The notes beneath the pieces are model-generated. The model ran no database searches and had not been told where the DNA came from. It saw nothing but the letters and a program-made list of their open reading frames with translations. DNA of 64,000 bases from Malacoraja senta (taxonomy: Eukaryota). Of this stretch, positions 13,966 through 25,529 are shown in pieces (the stretch's first letter is position 1; every line of letters begins with the position of its first letter). The DNA lies in assembly GCA_038087875.1 (NCBI GenBank), contig CM075988.1, positions 17,734,001-17,798,000 of the forward strand, read 5' to 3'. The position numbers and the translations under genes are program-made.

Positions 13966-15536
13966 GAGTCATAGAGATGGGTATTTGATGGTCAGAAGGA
14001 TACGATTGTCCTCAGGGCCTGTGCCTGTGCTACGTGATCTCAGCTGCCATCATTATAGTACTTTGTCCTTACTGAAAGATCCCCACAGTGCGTTGGGGTG
14101 CAGAACCATTGGAGGTGATGTGCAGTGGATGAACACCAACTCGGTCAGACTGCTAGGTTTAGAGTGGCTGCTGACAGGAGGGAGAGGTGTGGGAGGAAAG
14201 CTAAGGAAGGGAATACCTTGAAAGTTGAAGACATGGCGGTTGGAGAGGGAACAATTGTTTTGGAGCATGGTCATCCAGAATTGGAGCAGTGGATTTATCC
14301 GAGAGTAATCAAGCTGATGGGGTATACAATAGGGAGAGGATGTATGGCAGTGAATTCAAATGATGTCCCTCACTGCTCCAGGTCCCATTCTACATTCAAT
14401 TTTAATGACATGGCCTGAGATCGGAATGCATCATCTCACATCCAAAATCTTTCAACATTATTTTGGTGTCCCAGGATTATTGAGGGAGACCCAGTAATCC
14501 CAGCAGACACAGGCATTGACAATCAACGCTCTCGAGATCCTTTTAAAATCCTGGCGTCATTGCAGCAAATGTCTCCCAAGTATTTCTGAAGGCAGTCACT
14601 GCAATTATCACCCAGGTATTCGGTGTCTGAACAAAAGTATATTTAGCATCTAGGCAGTGAGAAAGCCCACGACAACTAATCATAACCCTTCACGGTTTCA
14701 CAAAACCTGAAGCTCGGATTCCATGTTTTCGGGAGTCACTCAGTCAGACACTTGAGGACTCTGGCAACCCTGGAGACAGTGGGAGGGAGATTCCCATTAC
14801 ACGCATGTGTTTCCACTGGGAGTTCAAGCCAACGGTGGATGTGGGTGTTGTGGAAGGCACGCGTTAGTACCCGGCCTGCCTTTGAAGTTCATTACAGGAT
14901 CAGACTCCCTTGCGCATATTTGAGGGCAGCACAATTGTGGCTTTGCTGAGAATTAGTTACGCTTGCTTATGTATCTTTTATACTTGCTCTCCAGCCAAAG
15001 TGAGCCCAGTATGAATGAAACCAGAACCAGAGGAGTAGGGTTACTGCTGAGAGTAGATTGGCGGTGGCTCCCAAAACAATCCATCATCTGTGCAGCCACA
15101 TTGGGCCGAACCGTGTTGCAGTTTCAGTGGGTAACGGATAAGGTGGAAGCCGGTTTCACAGCAGGACACAATCATCATTTTAAACCTATCCACTCTTTTT
15201 GAAATCAAAATTGTCGCTGCTTTGGTCACTGCCATATGACGTTTTCAAAGTAACTGCTGTCAAATATTCACATTTATCTCAATCACTCACCCATTTAAAC
15301 TGGATTCCTTTGTCGTCACTGAGTAACACCTTGTGTGATTGTTTCACAGGCATTAAGGGCAGAGCTTTAACAGTACAGTATTCTCCGAACTGAGGCTATT
15401 GAAGCTCAGATATACAAAGTACTTTCAAAAATAAATGAACAGGAAATTATATAGTTGGCAAAATTGTTACTTTTTGTGGCACTTTGACTGACATATACTC
15501 TTTGATTTGTATTTGGGTGTATCATTTGTTGGTCGG

Positions 15537-15710
15537 TATACAAATGATGCACAGGTCTGAGTGCGTCGGTAGGAATTGTGCACAAGGTAACTTTGGAATG
15601 GTTTAAACACACGAGGCGCATCCGAGTGTGTTTTGGACCATTCCAAAGTTATCGCGTGCACACAATTCCTACCGAAGCACGAAATAGACCTGTGCATCAT
15701 CTGTTTTATA
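15537..15710. repeat. Long imperfect palindrome, Crypton/Eulor-like non-autonomous element
   Basis: Arms ATGATGCACAGGTCT..TCGGTAGGAATTGTG..TAACTTTGGAATGGT..AAACACAC are mirrored around CACGAGGCGCATCCGAGTG. Confidence 0.8.
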
Positions 15711-16104
15711 GAATGGGGGGAAAAAGTGAAATAAAAATAAAAATCTGCTATTTTCCAAATCATGCATCCATGATTTGCCATGCGTCCGGTAAAACTAATT
15801 ACACGGTACAGCAGTGGCTTTTAGCCAATCAGTTTGCAGAGATTCTTAGACCCATTCTAAAATAGTTCATTCACAATTAAATTCCAACTGCTAACTCATG
15901 GGTTTCTCATTTAAACATGTTCCAAATCAGGCAGATTGAAGTCTTGATTTCAGATTTTAAACCCTGAGCACTGTCTGCAAAGACCCCTCGTTGCTGGGTA
16001 GGAGAACGTCAGGAAATCTTTGTCTCAGGTAGGAGGCAACAATCCCTGCAATTGAGTGGTTGTGGGATTCTGCGGGACATTCTGGAGTTAATCAGGTCAG
16101 GAGA

Positions 16105-16480
16105 CACAGGGAACTGCGGTTGCTGGTTTACAAAAAAGGACACAAAGTGCTGGAGTAACTCAGCAGGACAGGCAACATCTCTGGAAAATCACCAGAATGG
16201 ACAGACTGCGGAAAGGTCCTGACCCAAAACATCACCTGTCCATGTTCTCCAGAGATATTGTGGAGGAAGAACTGCAGAGGCTGGTTTACACCGAAGGTAG
16301 ATACAAAATGCTGGAGTAACTCAGCGGGACAGGCAGCATCTCTGGAGAGAAGGGTCGAGACCCTTCAGCAGACCCCAGACTTCAGAATTTGAAGACGGGT
16401 CTCAACCCAAAACATCACCCATTCCTTCTCTCCAGAAATCCTGACTGTCTCGCTGAGTTACTCCAGCATTTTGTGTCTTT
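16105..16480. repeat. Two adjacent inverted Penelope-derived repeat pairs
   Basis: ggaactgc..gctgg..gctggagtaactcagc occurs twice, followed by reverse-complement arms. Confidence 0.8.
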
Positions 16481-17149
16481 GAACCTTGAATGTACCAATA
16501 GACAAGATTGGAAATGTTAGTATATCTGAGGATGCTTGGTATCTGTGTAGGGGTAGCAAGAGTGTGACATTTAAAAGGGAATTGCTCTGTCGGAAGCTGT
16601 GAGCAGCTGAGAGCGAGGTTGAGAGGAAGTGACTCAGACATAACACTCACCGATAAACTGAGTGATCAAAATGAAGGAAATGAGTTTGGTATTTCCGGAA
16701 TCTTCTGCCTGAGCGCCTGTCCTGAATGGCAGGCTATCTCCCTGTTCATTGAGAACATGCAGAACATTTTGTTACGAACATTGTGAAGTTTGCAGTGAGT
16801 CACTGTTCTCTCCACGCCCACTTTCCTGACATGACATCTCTGCTTTTAGACCTCTGTGAAGTTATATTTACTAAACTATTGTGACTGCAACTATACCAGA
16901 ACATGTTAGGGATGCTTAGCAGGCCAAACAGCTATTGTTCTAAAAGGTCATTGATCTGAAATGTTAACTCTTCACAGATGCTGCCTGACCTCAGCATTTC
17001 CTGTATTTTCTGATGTTATACTTTCAGAAACACAATATTTTGGTCTTACATTTGCAGTTTTTTTTTGTAATTTCTTACTGCACCTTCAACGCCTCCTCAA
17101 AAACCTCGATAAAGTTAATAAAACACCACCTGCCGCACACAAAGTCATT

Positions 17150-18050
17150 GGCTATGTCTAATTAGCCCATTCTTTTCTAAATGGGACTAAATCCTATCCC
17201 AAAGAATTATCTCTGTTAGTTTCCCATCTACTGATGTGAGGCTTCCTGTAATTCCCTGGATTCATTCTACATCCCTTCTTAAACAAAAGAACAACTGGCT
17301 ACTCTCCAGTTCTCCAGTACCTCACTTGTGGCTAGAAAACATGCAAAGATATTCGCCAAGGCTCCTGCAATCTCCTCTCTTGCTTCTCTTTATAACCTGG
17401 GATAGATCACACAAGAGAATTTATCCACCTTAATGCTTTTCAAGAGCCCCAACACCGTCTCGGTTGATGTAGGACATAACTCAAGCTAATGCTTGATTTC
17501 AAACATTAATATTCGCCACACTGATGTCACTGTCCTCATTGACAAATGCAGATGATGCAAGATACTCCATTAGTACCTTGCCTACATCCTCTGACTCCAA
17601 GCATAAATTCCCTACTTTATCTTTGAGTGGTCTGACTCTCTTGTTTTTATTTTCTTCAGTCCAAGCCATTCATGAACCCTTATGGCCCTTCTAATCGCCC
17701 GCTTGAGTTATGTCCTACTTGTTTTATATTCCTCAAAGGCCCTGTCTGATTTCACCTTCTTAAACCTCACATGCACTTCTTTTTACATTTTGACCAAATT
17801 TATAGCCTCTTTGATCGTCCAAGGTTCCCTCAGCTTGCCATTGTTATCACTCCTCCTTACTGGAACATGCCACCCTGAACTTTGATCAACTGCCCTCTGA
17901 ACGACTCCCACATACTAGACTTACCCATTAACAACTGCTCCTGATTTACTCTCCCTCGCTCCTGCCTAATAATGTTGTCATCTTCCTTGCTCCAATTTAG
18001 AACCATCCCCCAAGGTCCAGACTTACCTTCATTCAAAACAATCTTAAATT
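17150..18050 (-). mobile_element. Degenerate CR1 ORF2 fragment
   Basis: Similar in pattern to the 43500-44450 part of the large CR1 (e.g. ccttcttaaacaaaagaaca...ctccagt). Confidence 0.65.
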
Positions 18051-18277
18051 AACTGGCTGAACGGTGCTGTAAATTTCTATAAATATAGAAACTAAATAAA
18101 TATAAATAAAGGATGTATAGCTTAAGAGTAACATTATCTTTCTAGAATAACCATGGAAGGAAATCATTCAAGTGTTTGCCATTTATATGTAATTTGACCA
18201 CAGATATGAATTGCACTAAAATGACCAAGGGCGAATGTATTTTGCACAATGACTAATACATTCCCAACTTCTCACAG

Positions 18278-18506
18278 GTGAACGGTTGTCTCCTTGATCC
18301 TTTGCCTCCATCAATATCAAGGAAAGGATGTCCACCATCTCCCAGCAACATGATGGAGACATCTATAGACGAGGGCATAGAGACTGAAGATGACTCTGAG
18401 GAGGATCCAGCCCAGGTCTATGCATCGTTTCAGGCAATGCGCTGTGGCCAGAGACGGCACACTCTCACTGAGGTCACCAACCAACCAGTATTGTTGCCCG
18501 GCACAG
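18278..18506 (+). CDS. SIK2: SIK2 coding exon (exon 10 equivalent)
   Basis: cacag|GTG...ACAG|gtagga; 229 nt; VNGCLLDP...[15 protein letters not shown]...[13 protein letters not shown]. Confidence 0.95.
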
Positions 18507-19166
18507 GTAGGAAGGCATTGAACTCTTGAGCTACACGTCTGAACATCAACGTTAAGAGTGAAAATTACATGACCATGAAAAACAGCAGAATTGACCCAAA
18601 CCTGTTTGACTCCACATCAATGCATGGACGATCAGGGTGGGAACTGGGAATGTTTTTTGTTTTACATACCCTGGCAGTAGATTTAAGATGATTGACAAAG
18701 GTATCAGAGAGGAGGAGGTGAGGAATTTGCTCCTGGACCTGAAATGTGCCATTGGAAAGAACGGTGCCACCATACTGAAAAATCAGTTAAATATATGCAT
18801 AGTAAATACTTGCACTGGTGTGAGATGGCATTAGATTGCAAACAATTGGATGCCTATTTCAGAAAAGGCTTCTTTTGACAAGAAGTGCATGTAGTGCTGA
18901 AACAGGCCCTTTGGCCCAGCTAGTCTTACTCCCGACCAAATTACCTAACTGAGCTGGTCTTACCCACTCCTGACCCATATCCTCTCCGACCCAAGGGTGG
19001 TTTAAATGTCATAATTGTGCTTGCCTCAATCATTTCCTCTGGCAGCTCGTTACATATGTGCTCCTCCCTCTGTGTGAACAAGTTGCCGCTCGGGTCTCTT
19101 AAATCGGGATGAGATTGCCTCAGTGGCTTAATGTTCAATTCCCTCCTGTCTCTGTCGCCCACCCAG

Positions 19167-19448
19167 GGAAGCTGTTGACTGTCTGCAATAACCCGTCCTT
19201 GGGCAGTGTTGATTCTGAATACGACATGGGACTGATGCACGGGGAGCTCAGCATCCTGGAGGACACACCACCGCTGGCGGACGTACTTGCCAACCAGCCG
19301 CTGTCACGGATCACCCCGCCTCTGGTTGGCATCAAACCACCAAACCCGGCAATGGAGGCACTGACGTCACAGAAACGCGAGATGCACAACAGGTCGCCCG
19401 TCAGCTTCCGAGAGGGTCGAAGAGCTTCCGACACGTCGCTAACACAAG
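19167..19448 (+). CDS. SIK2: SIK2 coding exon (exon 11 equivalent)
   Basis: cccag|GG...CAAG|gtgacc; 282 nt; [12 protein letters not shown]...[21 protein letters not shown]. Confidence 0.95.
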
Positions 19449-19999
19449 GTGACCACCTAACCTCTTGTCCCATTGATGCAGTGTCGAGTCAGTAACAAAG
19501 TCAAATTCTCTGCCATTAAAGACCCACCGGCCATTTCACGCCTACAATAACTAAGACACTCCCAGTGATTATAACCATACGATTTAGAGTCATAGTCGGG
19601 CAGTGTGGAAACAGGCTTTCTGCCCAACTTGCCCATATCAACCAAGCTTCCCCATCTACACTCGTCCCACCTACCCACATCTGGTCCATGTCCCTCTAAA
19701 CATTTCCTGTCCATATCCGTGTCTAAATGTCTTTAATCGTTGGTATTTCATAGCTTTGGTTTCTGCTGGCCTCCAGGATAGACCGCACCAGGTGTCAGGC
19801 GCAGTCTGAGCAATTGTTGCGTCTCACTGTTACTGCGGAATTTAATGGTCACCCTTCCTTGCCGTTTTGGTGGGTGGGGATGAGCCTCCTCTACACTCTG
19901 TGCCGTTTCAGAGGGAGCGCAAAGTCAGTTTACCAGGGTGTAGAGTTACATGTTGATTAAACTGAGTGAAGAATGTAGATTGCCTTTATTGAAGACATA

Positions 20000-20680
20000 T
20001 AAAATCATGGGTTGTATGGAAATAAACTCTTTGGCTCCACTCCACCCAGGATGCCCATCTTAGATAACCCCACCTGCCTACATGTGGCCCATATCCCCTA
20101 AACATTTCCTATCCATGTACCTGTCCAAATGTCTTTCAAATGTTGTTATAGTACCAGCTTCAACAACCTACTCCGGCAGCTCATTCCATATACCCACCAC
20201 CCTCTGTATGGAAAAAGTTGTCCCTCGGGTTTCTATTAAATCTTTCCCCTCTCACCTTAAACTTATGTCCTCTGGTTTGTGATTCCCCATACTCTGGGTA
20301 AAAGACTCTGCTCATACCCCCTATTCCCCTCATGATTTTATACACCTCTATAAGATCACCCCTCGGCCTCCTGCTCTCCAAGGAGTAAAGTCCGAGCCTG
20401 CCCAACCTCTTCCAGTAGTTCTGGAGTCCCAGCAACATTCTTGTAAATCTTCTCTACACTGTTTCCAGCGTAATGGCATCCATCTATAGAAGTCGTGCAA
20501 GAGATTGATGAGGTCGCACGTGGGCACAATGCTCCAAGTGTTGCCTCACCAACATCTTGTACAATTCAACAAATTTGTGAGACACGATCTCTCATAAACA
20601 AAACCATGCTGACTATCTCCAATCAACCCGCCTTGCCAAATACCCATATATCTTATCCCTCAGAATCCTCTCCAGTAACT
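20000..20680 (-). mobile_element. CR1 3' fragment(s)
   Basis: ORF 20181-20438 RLGLYSLESRRPRGDLIEVYKIMRG...TRGHKFKVRGERF. Confidence 0.88.
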
Positions 20681-20706
20681 AGGCTGCTCTCGACTTCTTC
20701 CTTTAG

Positions 20707-20867
20707 GTATCGTCGCCTTCCGCCAGCATCTCCAGAATCTGGCCAGAACCAAGGGGATTCTGGAACTGAACAAGGTGCAGTTGCTTTATGAACAGATGAA
20801 CTCTGATGTGGATCTTGATTCTCTACCAGCAGCGCATTTACAAAGCCTCCTCACCACCCATCACCAG
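20707..20867 (+). CDS. SIK2: SIK2 coding exon (exon 12 equivalent)
   Basis: ctttag|GT...CAG|gtaaac; 161 nt; [31 protein letters not shown]... Confidence 0.95.
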
Positions 20868-21259
20868 GTAAACCTCCCTGCCTCCGTGATACGGAGGTAT
20901 GACATTTGAAGTACCTTTCCATGACTGGATTAATCACATGCACTCCATGACAAGTAGCATTTGGTTCCATACCATGACAACACATTTTCTAATTGGATTA
21001 GCAGCTACCTAATTAATAAATCATGGAGAAAAATTCTGATCAAGAACACACGCAATTAGGAAATGATCCCTGTTTCATCGTGTGGAACCTCATTAGGAAA
21101 TGATCCCGATGTTATGATGTGTAACTGCATTAAGATGTATCCTTTCCTCAAGACCAGAAACAAACTCCTCACTGCATTGCCATCACGTGTGGTGCCATTA
21201 TTTATTCCTCCATTTGACCTCCAGAAATCTGAACAGGGATGGTTACCACCTGGGTTTTA

Positions 21260-21945
21260 GAACATGGAACAGTACAGCAAATGAACACACCCTTCCATGC
21301 ACAGCATCTGTGCCAAGTTAAACTAATTGCCTCTGCTTGTACATGACCTATATCCCTTCACTCCCTGCATATCTGTGTGTCTATCTAAAATCCTCTTAAA
21401 TGTCATTATCGTATCTGCCTGCACCACCATCCCTGGCTGTGCATTCCAGGCATGCACCACGCTCTGTATATTACTTGCCGCACAGATCTCCTTTAAAGTT
21501 TGCCCCTCTCTCCTTAAAGCTATGCCCTTTGGTATTTCCACCCTGGGGAGGAAAGGTTCTATCTACCCTATCTATGCCTCTCATAATTTTATATACTTCT
21601 ATCAGGTCCCCTCAACCTCCAATGCTTCAAAGAAACAATCAAACTAGTTTACAGCTTATACCCTCTACTGTACTGTGCTGTTCCATGTTCTAAAACACAG
21701 GCATCTAATCCAGGCATCATTCTGGCAAACTCTTCTGCATCTTGTCAGTTGTAAATGACATTGGTGAGGCCACAGTTGGGGTATTGTGTTCTGGTCACCC
21801 TGTTTAAGTGAGGATGTTAAGCTAAAAAGAGTGCAGAGAAGGTTTATGAAGATGGTGGCAGGACTTGAGGGCCTGTGCTATAGGGAGAGGTTGGGCAGCA
21901 TAGGAGTATATTTCTTGGAGTGCAGGAGGCTGAGGGGGTGACTTT
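21260..21945. mobile_element. CR1 fragments in opposite orientations (minus to about 21745, plus after)
   Basis: ORF 21323-21541 VVHAWNAQPGMVVQADTIMTFKRILDRH; ttggtgaggccacagttggggtattgtg. Confidence 0.8.
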
Positions 21946-22103
21946 ATATTCAGTCTGAAGGAAGGTCTTGACCCGAAACATCACCCATTCCTTCTCTCCA
22001 GAGATGCTGCCTGTTACTCCAGCTTTTTGTGTCCATCTTCCGTTTAAAACAGCATCTGCAGTTCCTTCATACACATTATGATCAGCCTTACTTTTTCTTC
22101 CAG

Positions 22104-22217
22104 GATGAAGCTTTACGACCGCAGGAAAATGTAGCATTATTCCCCAACGGAGTGCATCCCCACTTGTTGTCAAGACGTCAGAGCCTTGAGACACATTATT
22201 TACAGCACCGAATGCCG
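22104..22217 (+). CDS. SIK2: SIK2 coding exon (exon 13 equivalent)
   Basis: ttccag|GAT...CCG|gtaagg; 114 nt; DEALRPQENVALFPNGVHPHLLSRRQSLETHYLQHRMP. Confidence 0.92.
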
Positions 22218-24157
22218 GTAAGGAGGTTTATCTCTGGAACTAATTACAGGTCAACGCAAAAATCTAAGCCTGATAAAATGAGACGGGGAAAGTTGAGCAA
22301 ATGAAAGGCCAACATTTATGGAGAGGAGCAGAGTTAAGAGTGGATGGTCCTTCCTCTTTACTGCAGTGTGTTTCTTTGCTATCAGGGTTAAACCTGATAG
22401 GTTATTCTCTTTCCACTCCCCATCACCAACTACCCCAAAATAAAAAGAGTTTTGATAAGTTGCTCACACTCAGGAAGTGAGGCAGGTTACATTTGAACAA
22501 GGTGTAGCTAGTCATGGGAATATACACCACAGAAAGGTGCTGAAATGCACCAGATCTATGCTGCTTATAAAATATCCCATCCAATGTAATGCAAAATGCA
22601 AAAGGCTGGTGTCACTCAGCAGGTCAGGCAGCATCTGGAGGGAATGGATAGGTTGCAGTGTGTTGCTACAGATGCGACATAACTTGCTGAGTTACTCAAA
22701 TACTTTGTGTTTTGTTCAATATTCCAGCATCTACAGTTCCTTGTGCCCCTATCCAACTTAATCACAGGTTTTGTACACATCCCAGCACATTCAAACACAT
22801 TGGGAATTTCTGGCTCCATGGCAGAATACCAGTCACTTAAACCCAATAGAGTAAGTTTTCATCAACTTTCCTCTTGCCTTGGCCACTCCGCAGTGAAAAT
22901 GAAGAGAAGCTTCATCTGTAGGATCTACTGAATCCCACGACAGAAAGCAATGTGGGCGTGAAGGTGCCACAGATCTCTCTGAATTACTCGAAGACTACGA
23001 ATCATTAAAATCATGAAAGGACTGTCAATGCCCTGTTGATGGGTTCTGAGATTACCAGATCTTTGAGCTGCAGGAGAGTGGAAAGAATATAGAAATCCAT
23101 TCCTGATATTTATTACTGAATAGCAGAGCAGGCTGTGGGGGGCTGTACCAGTTAGTCTGGCTCCACTTCTAGTGAGTAGTGCAAACAAACTACTTGTGAG
23201 AGGAACTTCCATCAGCTGTGAATAAACACCGAGAGTGAGATGATAGTCTGCTGAATGTGTTTCCAAAACTATTTCAGTCATCATATTTGCGATGTTGCCA
23301 GATACATCTACAGAGTGGCAGAGAACATTGTGATGCTGTTTGTCCAGCAGAAATGGAAGGGAAATTAAATATAAAAACATTTCAAATATGAGTGAATTTC
23401 ATTTTTTCATAGGTGGAATTAATTATTTAATTTACACAATCAAAATATGGCATTTTTTCCAGCAAAATCCTAAATTCTTGCAAATTTTGAAATATGCTAG
23501 GGATATTAATTTCTAAAACATTTGAGGTGCCCGAGTCTGGCTGCTGAGTGGCGCTGGGTGCCTCTAACTAGGTGCACAGCTGATGGGCAGAGCAGAGCAG
23601 AAGTTCAGACTATGAGGAAAACATCAGAGCATGTTGAATGATTACTCTGCATCACGCCAAACATTACAAAGTAATCTTATCATGTGTTGTGAAATTGATG
23701 CACTTCGCACCCGGTCCCTCCACATCCCCTTCGCCTCTCCTGCTTCAGCCTTGTGCATATCTCTTTTTTCCATTGTCCCTCCGTTGGTGAGAGTCCCATC
23801 AGTAGCCAAGGTCGCAGCTCCTTAGCCTCTGTGCCTGTCTACTTTTAATATTACAGAGTCACCCAGCATGGAAACAGGCTCTCCAACTCATCCATGCCAA
23901 CCAAGATGCCCCATCTGCACTAATCTCATTTGCTCACCTTTGTTCCATATCTTTCTAAACCTTTCCTATCCATGTACGTATCCAAATGTATTTTAAACAT
24001 CGTTATTGTATGTCAATGTTATTGTGAGCCACCTACCTAATAGCTCCTTAATGATTTGCTGCCAGCGAAATGCTCAGGGTCAGTGTTGATGCGTTAATGA
24101 TGTTACTGGCATGTTGCACTTGTGGTAAATTAAATACTCTTTTACTGTATGTTACAG

Positions 24158-24249
24158 AACCCAACCTTACTGACTAAAGCACAAAACAGCTGCCCGATGT
24201 ATTGCAAGGAATCGCCCCGTAGCCTGGAGCAACAACTGCAGGAGCGCAG
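24158..24249 (+). CDS. SIK2: SIK2 coding exon (exon 14 equivalent)
   Basis: ttacag|AAC...GCAG|gtgaga; 92 nt; [30 protein letters not shown]. Confidence 0.93.
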
Positions 24250-24264
24250 GTGAGACCAGTGTGC

Positions 24265-24573
24265 GGCACAGTGGCGCACCAGTAGAGTTGCTGCTTTGCA
24301 GCGCCAGGGACCCCGGGTTCGATCCTAACTACGGGTGCTGTCTGTACGGAGTTTGTACGTTTTCCCCGTAACCTGCATGGGTTTTCTCCGGGAGCTCCAG
24401 TTTCCTCCCACACTCCAAAGCTGTACATGTTTGAAGACTAATTGGCTTCAGTAAAATTGTAAATTGTCCCTAGTAATAGTATTTGTAGAATAGTGTTAGT
24501 GTGCAGGGACTGCTGGTCGGTGCGGACTCTGTGGGCTGAAGAGCCTGTTTCCGCGCTGTATCACTAAACTAAA
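24265..24573 (+). mobile_element. Full-length HE1-type SINE
   Basis: ggcacagtggcgcaccagtagag..gggttcgatcc..ctaaactaaa; starts about 15 nt after the SIK2 exon 14 donor. Confidence 0.88.
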
Positions 24574-24964
24574 CCGATGTCTCGGGTGAGGCCAGTGATG
24601 TCACAGGTGGGGCCAGTGATGTCAAAGTTGAAAGAAGCTTCCCAGGTTAATGTCAATATTCTTATATCCCATGCCTAGGGCTTCCTCCAGTGGATGTCAG
24701 AGGTAATAGGGTACCCCAGTAGATGGGTCAGAGGTCATAATGTCCCTGAGGTCGGTCAGACATCAGGGTGCTGTGGATATGTTGATGTGAATCAGTGGAT
24801 GATCTTGTTTATTGTCGCGTCATGGAAGTACAAAGTACATGCCGCGCCAAAGTACAGTGAACATCTTGTTGTATTCCTTTGACCAGTGGGAAGCATTGTT
24901 GAAGCTTGTGTTTGTTGCTCCATGGTGTGTTGCTTCATGTTCTGTGTATTATCTTCCATTTCAG

Positions 24965-25529
24965 GTTGCAACTGAAGCACATGTTTCTCCAAAAACAGTC
25001 GCAGCTCCAGGCTTATTTCAACCAAATGCAGATTGCAGAAGGTTCCTACCCTCACCAAACTCAGCAAATGCCTGCAGCCCACCCTGAAGCCCAGCAGCAG
25101 CAGTTCAGTATACCCCGGCCTCTAAGCCCTATGCTGGAGCCCCCAAATCAGATGCAGTGTGACCCGTTCCTCAGCCAGCACTACAATCTGCAACTTTCCC
25201 TACAACAGGTGGGGCCGGTGCAGCAAACAGCGCAGCCTCCACTGCAGTCCCTGGATCAGCACCAACAACTCCTGCAGTTCCCTTACCAGCCTTGTGATGT
25301 GGTTGGACCCACTGCCCCAGAGCTGGGTTACCCAGAACAATGTCCCTACACTCTCAACCAAACCCAACAAGCTGCCCTGCCCTTGAATGAAAGTCAGGCA
25401 AACAAGGTTGCTGCTGACTCAGCAGAGACCTACAAGAACATGACTCTCCCTGAACTGCCTGCGCTCTTTGATTGTGAGATGATGGAGACAGTTGATAGCC
25501 AACATGGAGGCTATGTCCTGGTAAACTGA
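24965..25529 (+). CDS. SIK2: SIK2 last coding exon, Q/P-rich C-terminus
   Basis: tttcag|G TTG CAA; LQLKHMFLQKQSQLQAYFNQMQIAE...LFDCEMMETVDSQHGGYVLVN then TGA, matching the SIK2 C-terminus. Confidence 0.95.

Noticed and set aside
19135..19473. 112 aa antisense ORF over SIK2 exon 11 (also antisense ORFs 42130-42522 and 44107-44550)
   Set aside because: Shadow ORFs opposite real coding or LINE frames.
22925..23380. 151 aa minus-strand ORF in SIK2 intron 13
   Set aside because: No recognisable domain or consistent splice context; probably chance.
24265..24330. tRNA-like box A/box B sequence
   Set aside because: Head of a multi-copy SINE, continuous with the SINE body; not a tRNA gene.
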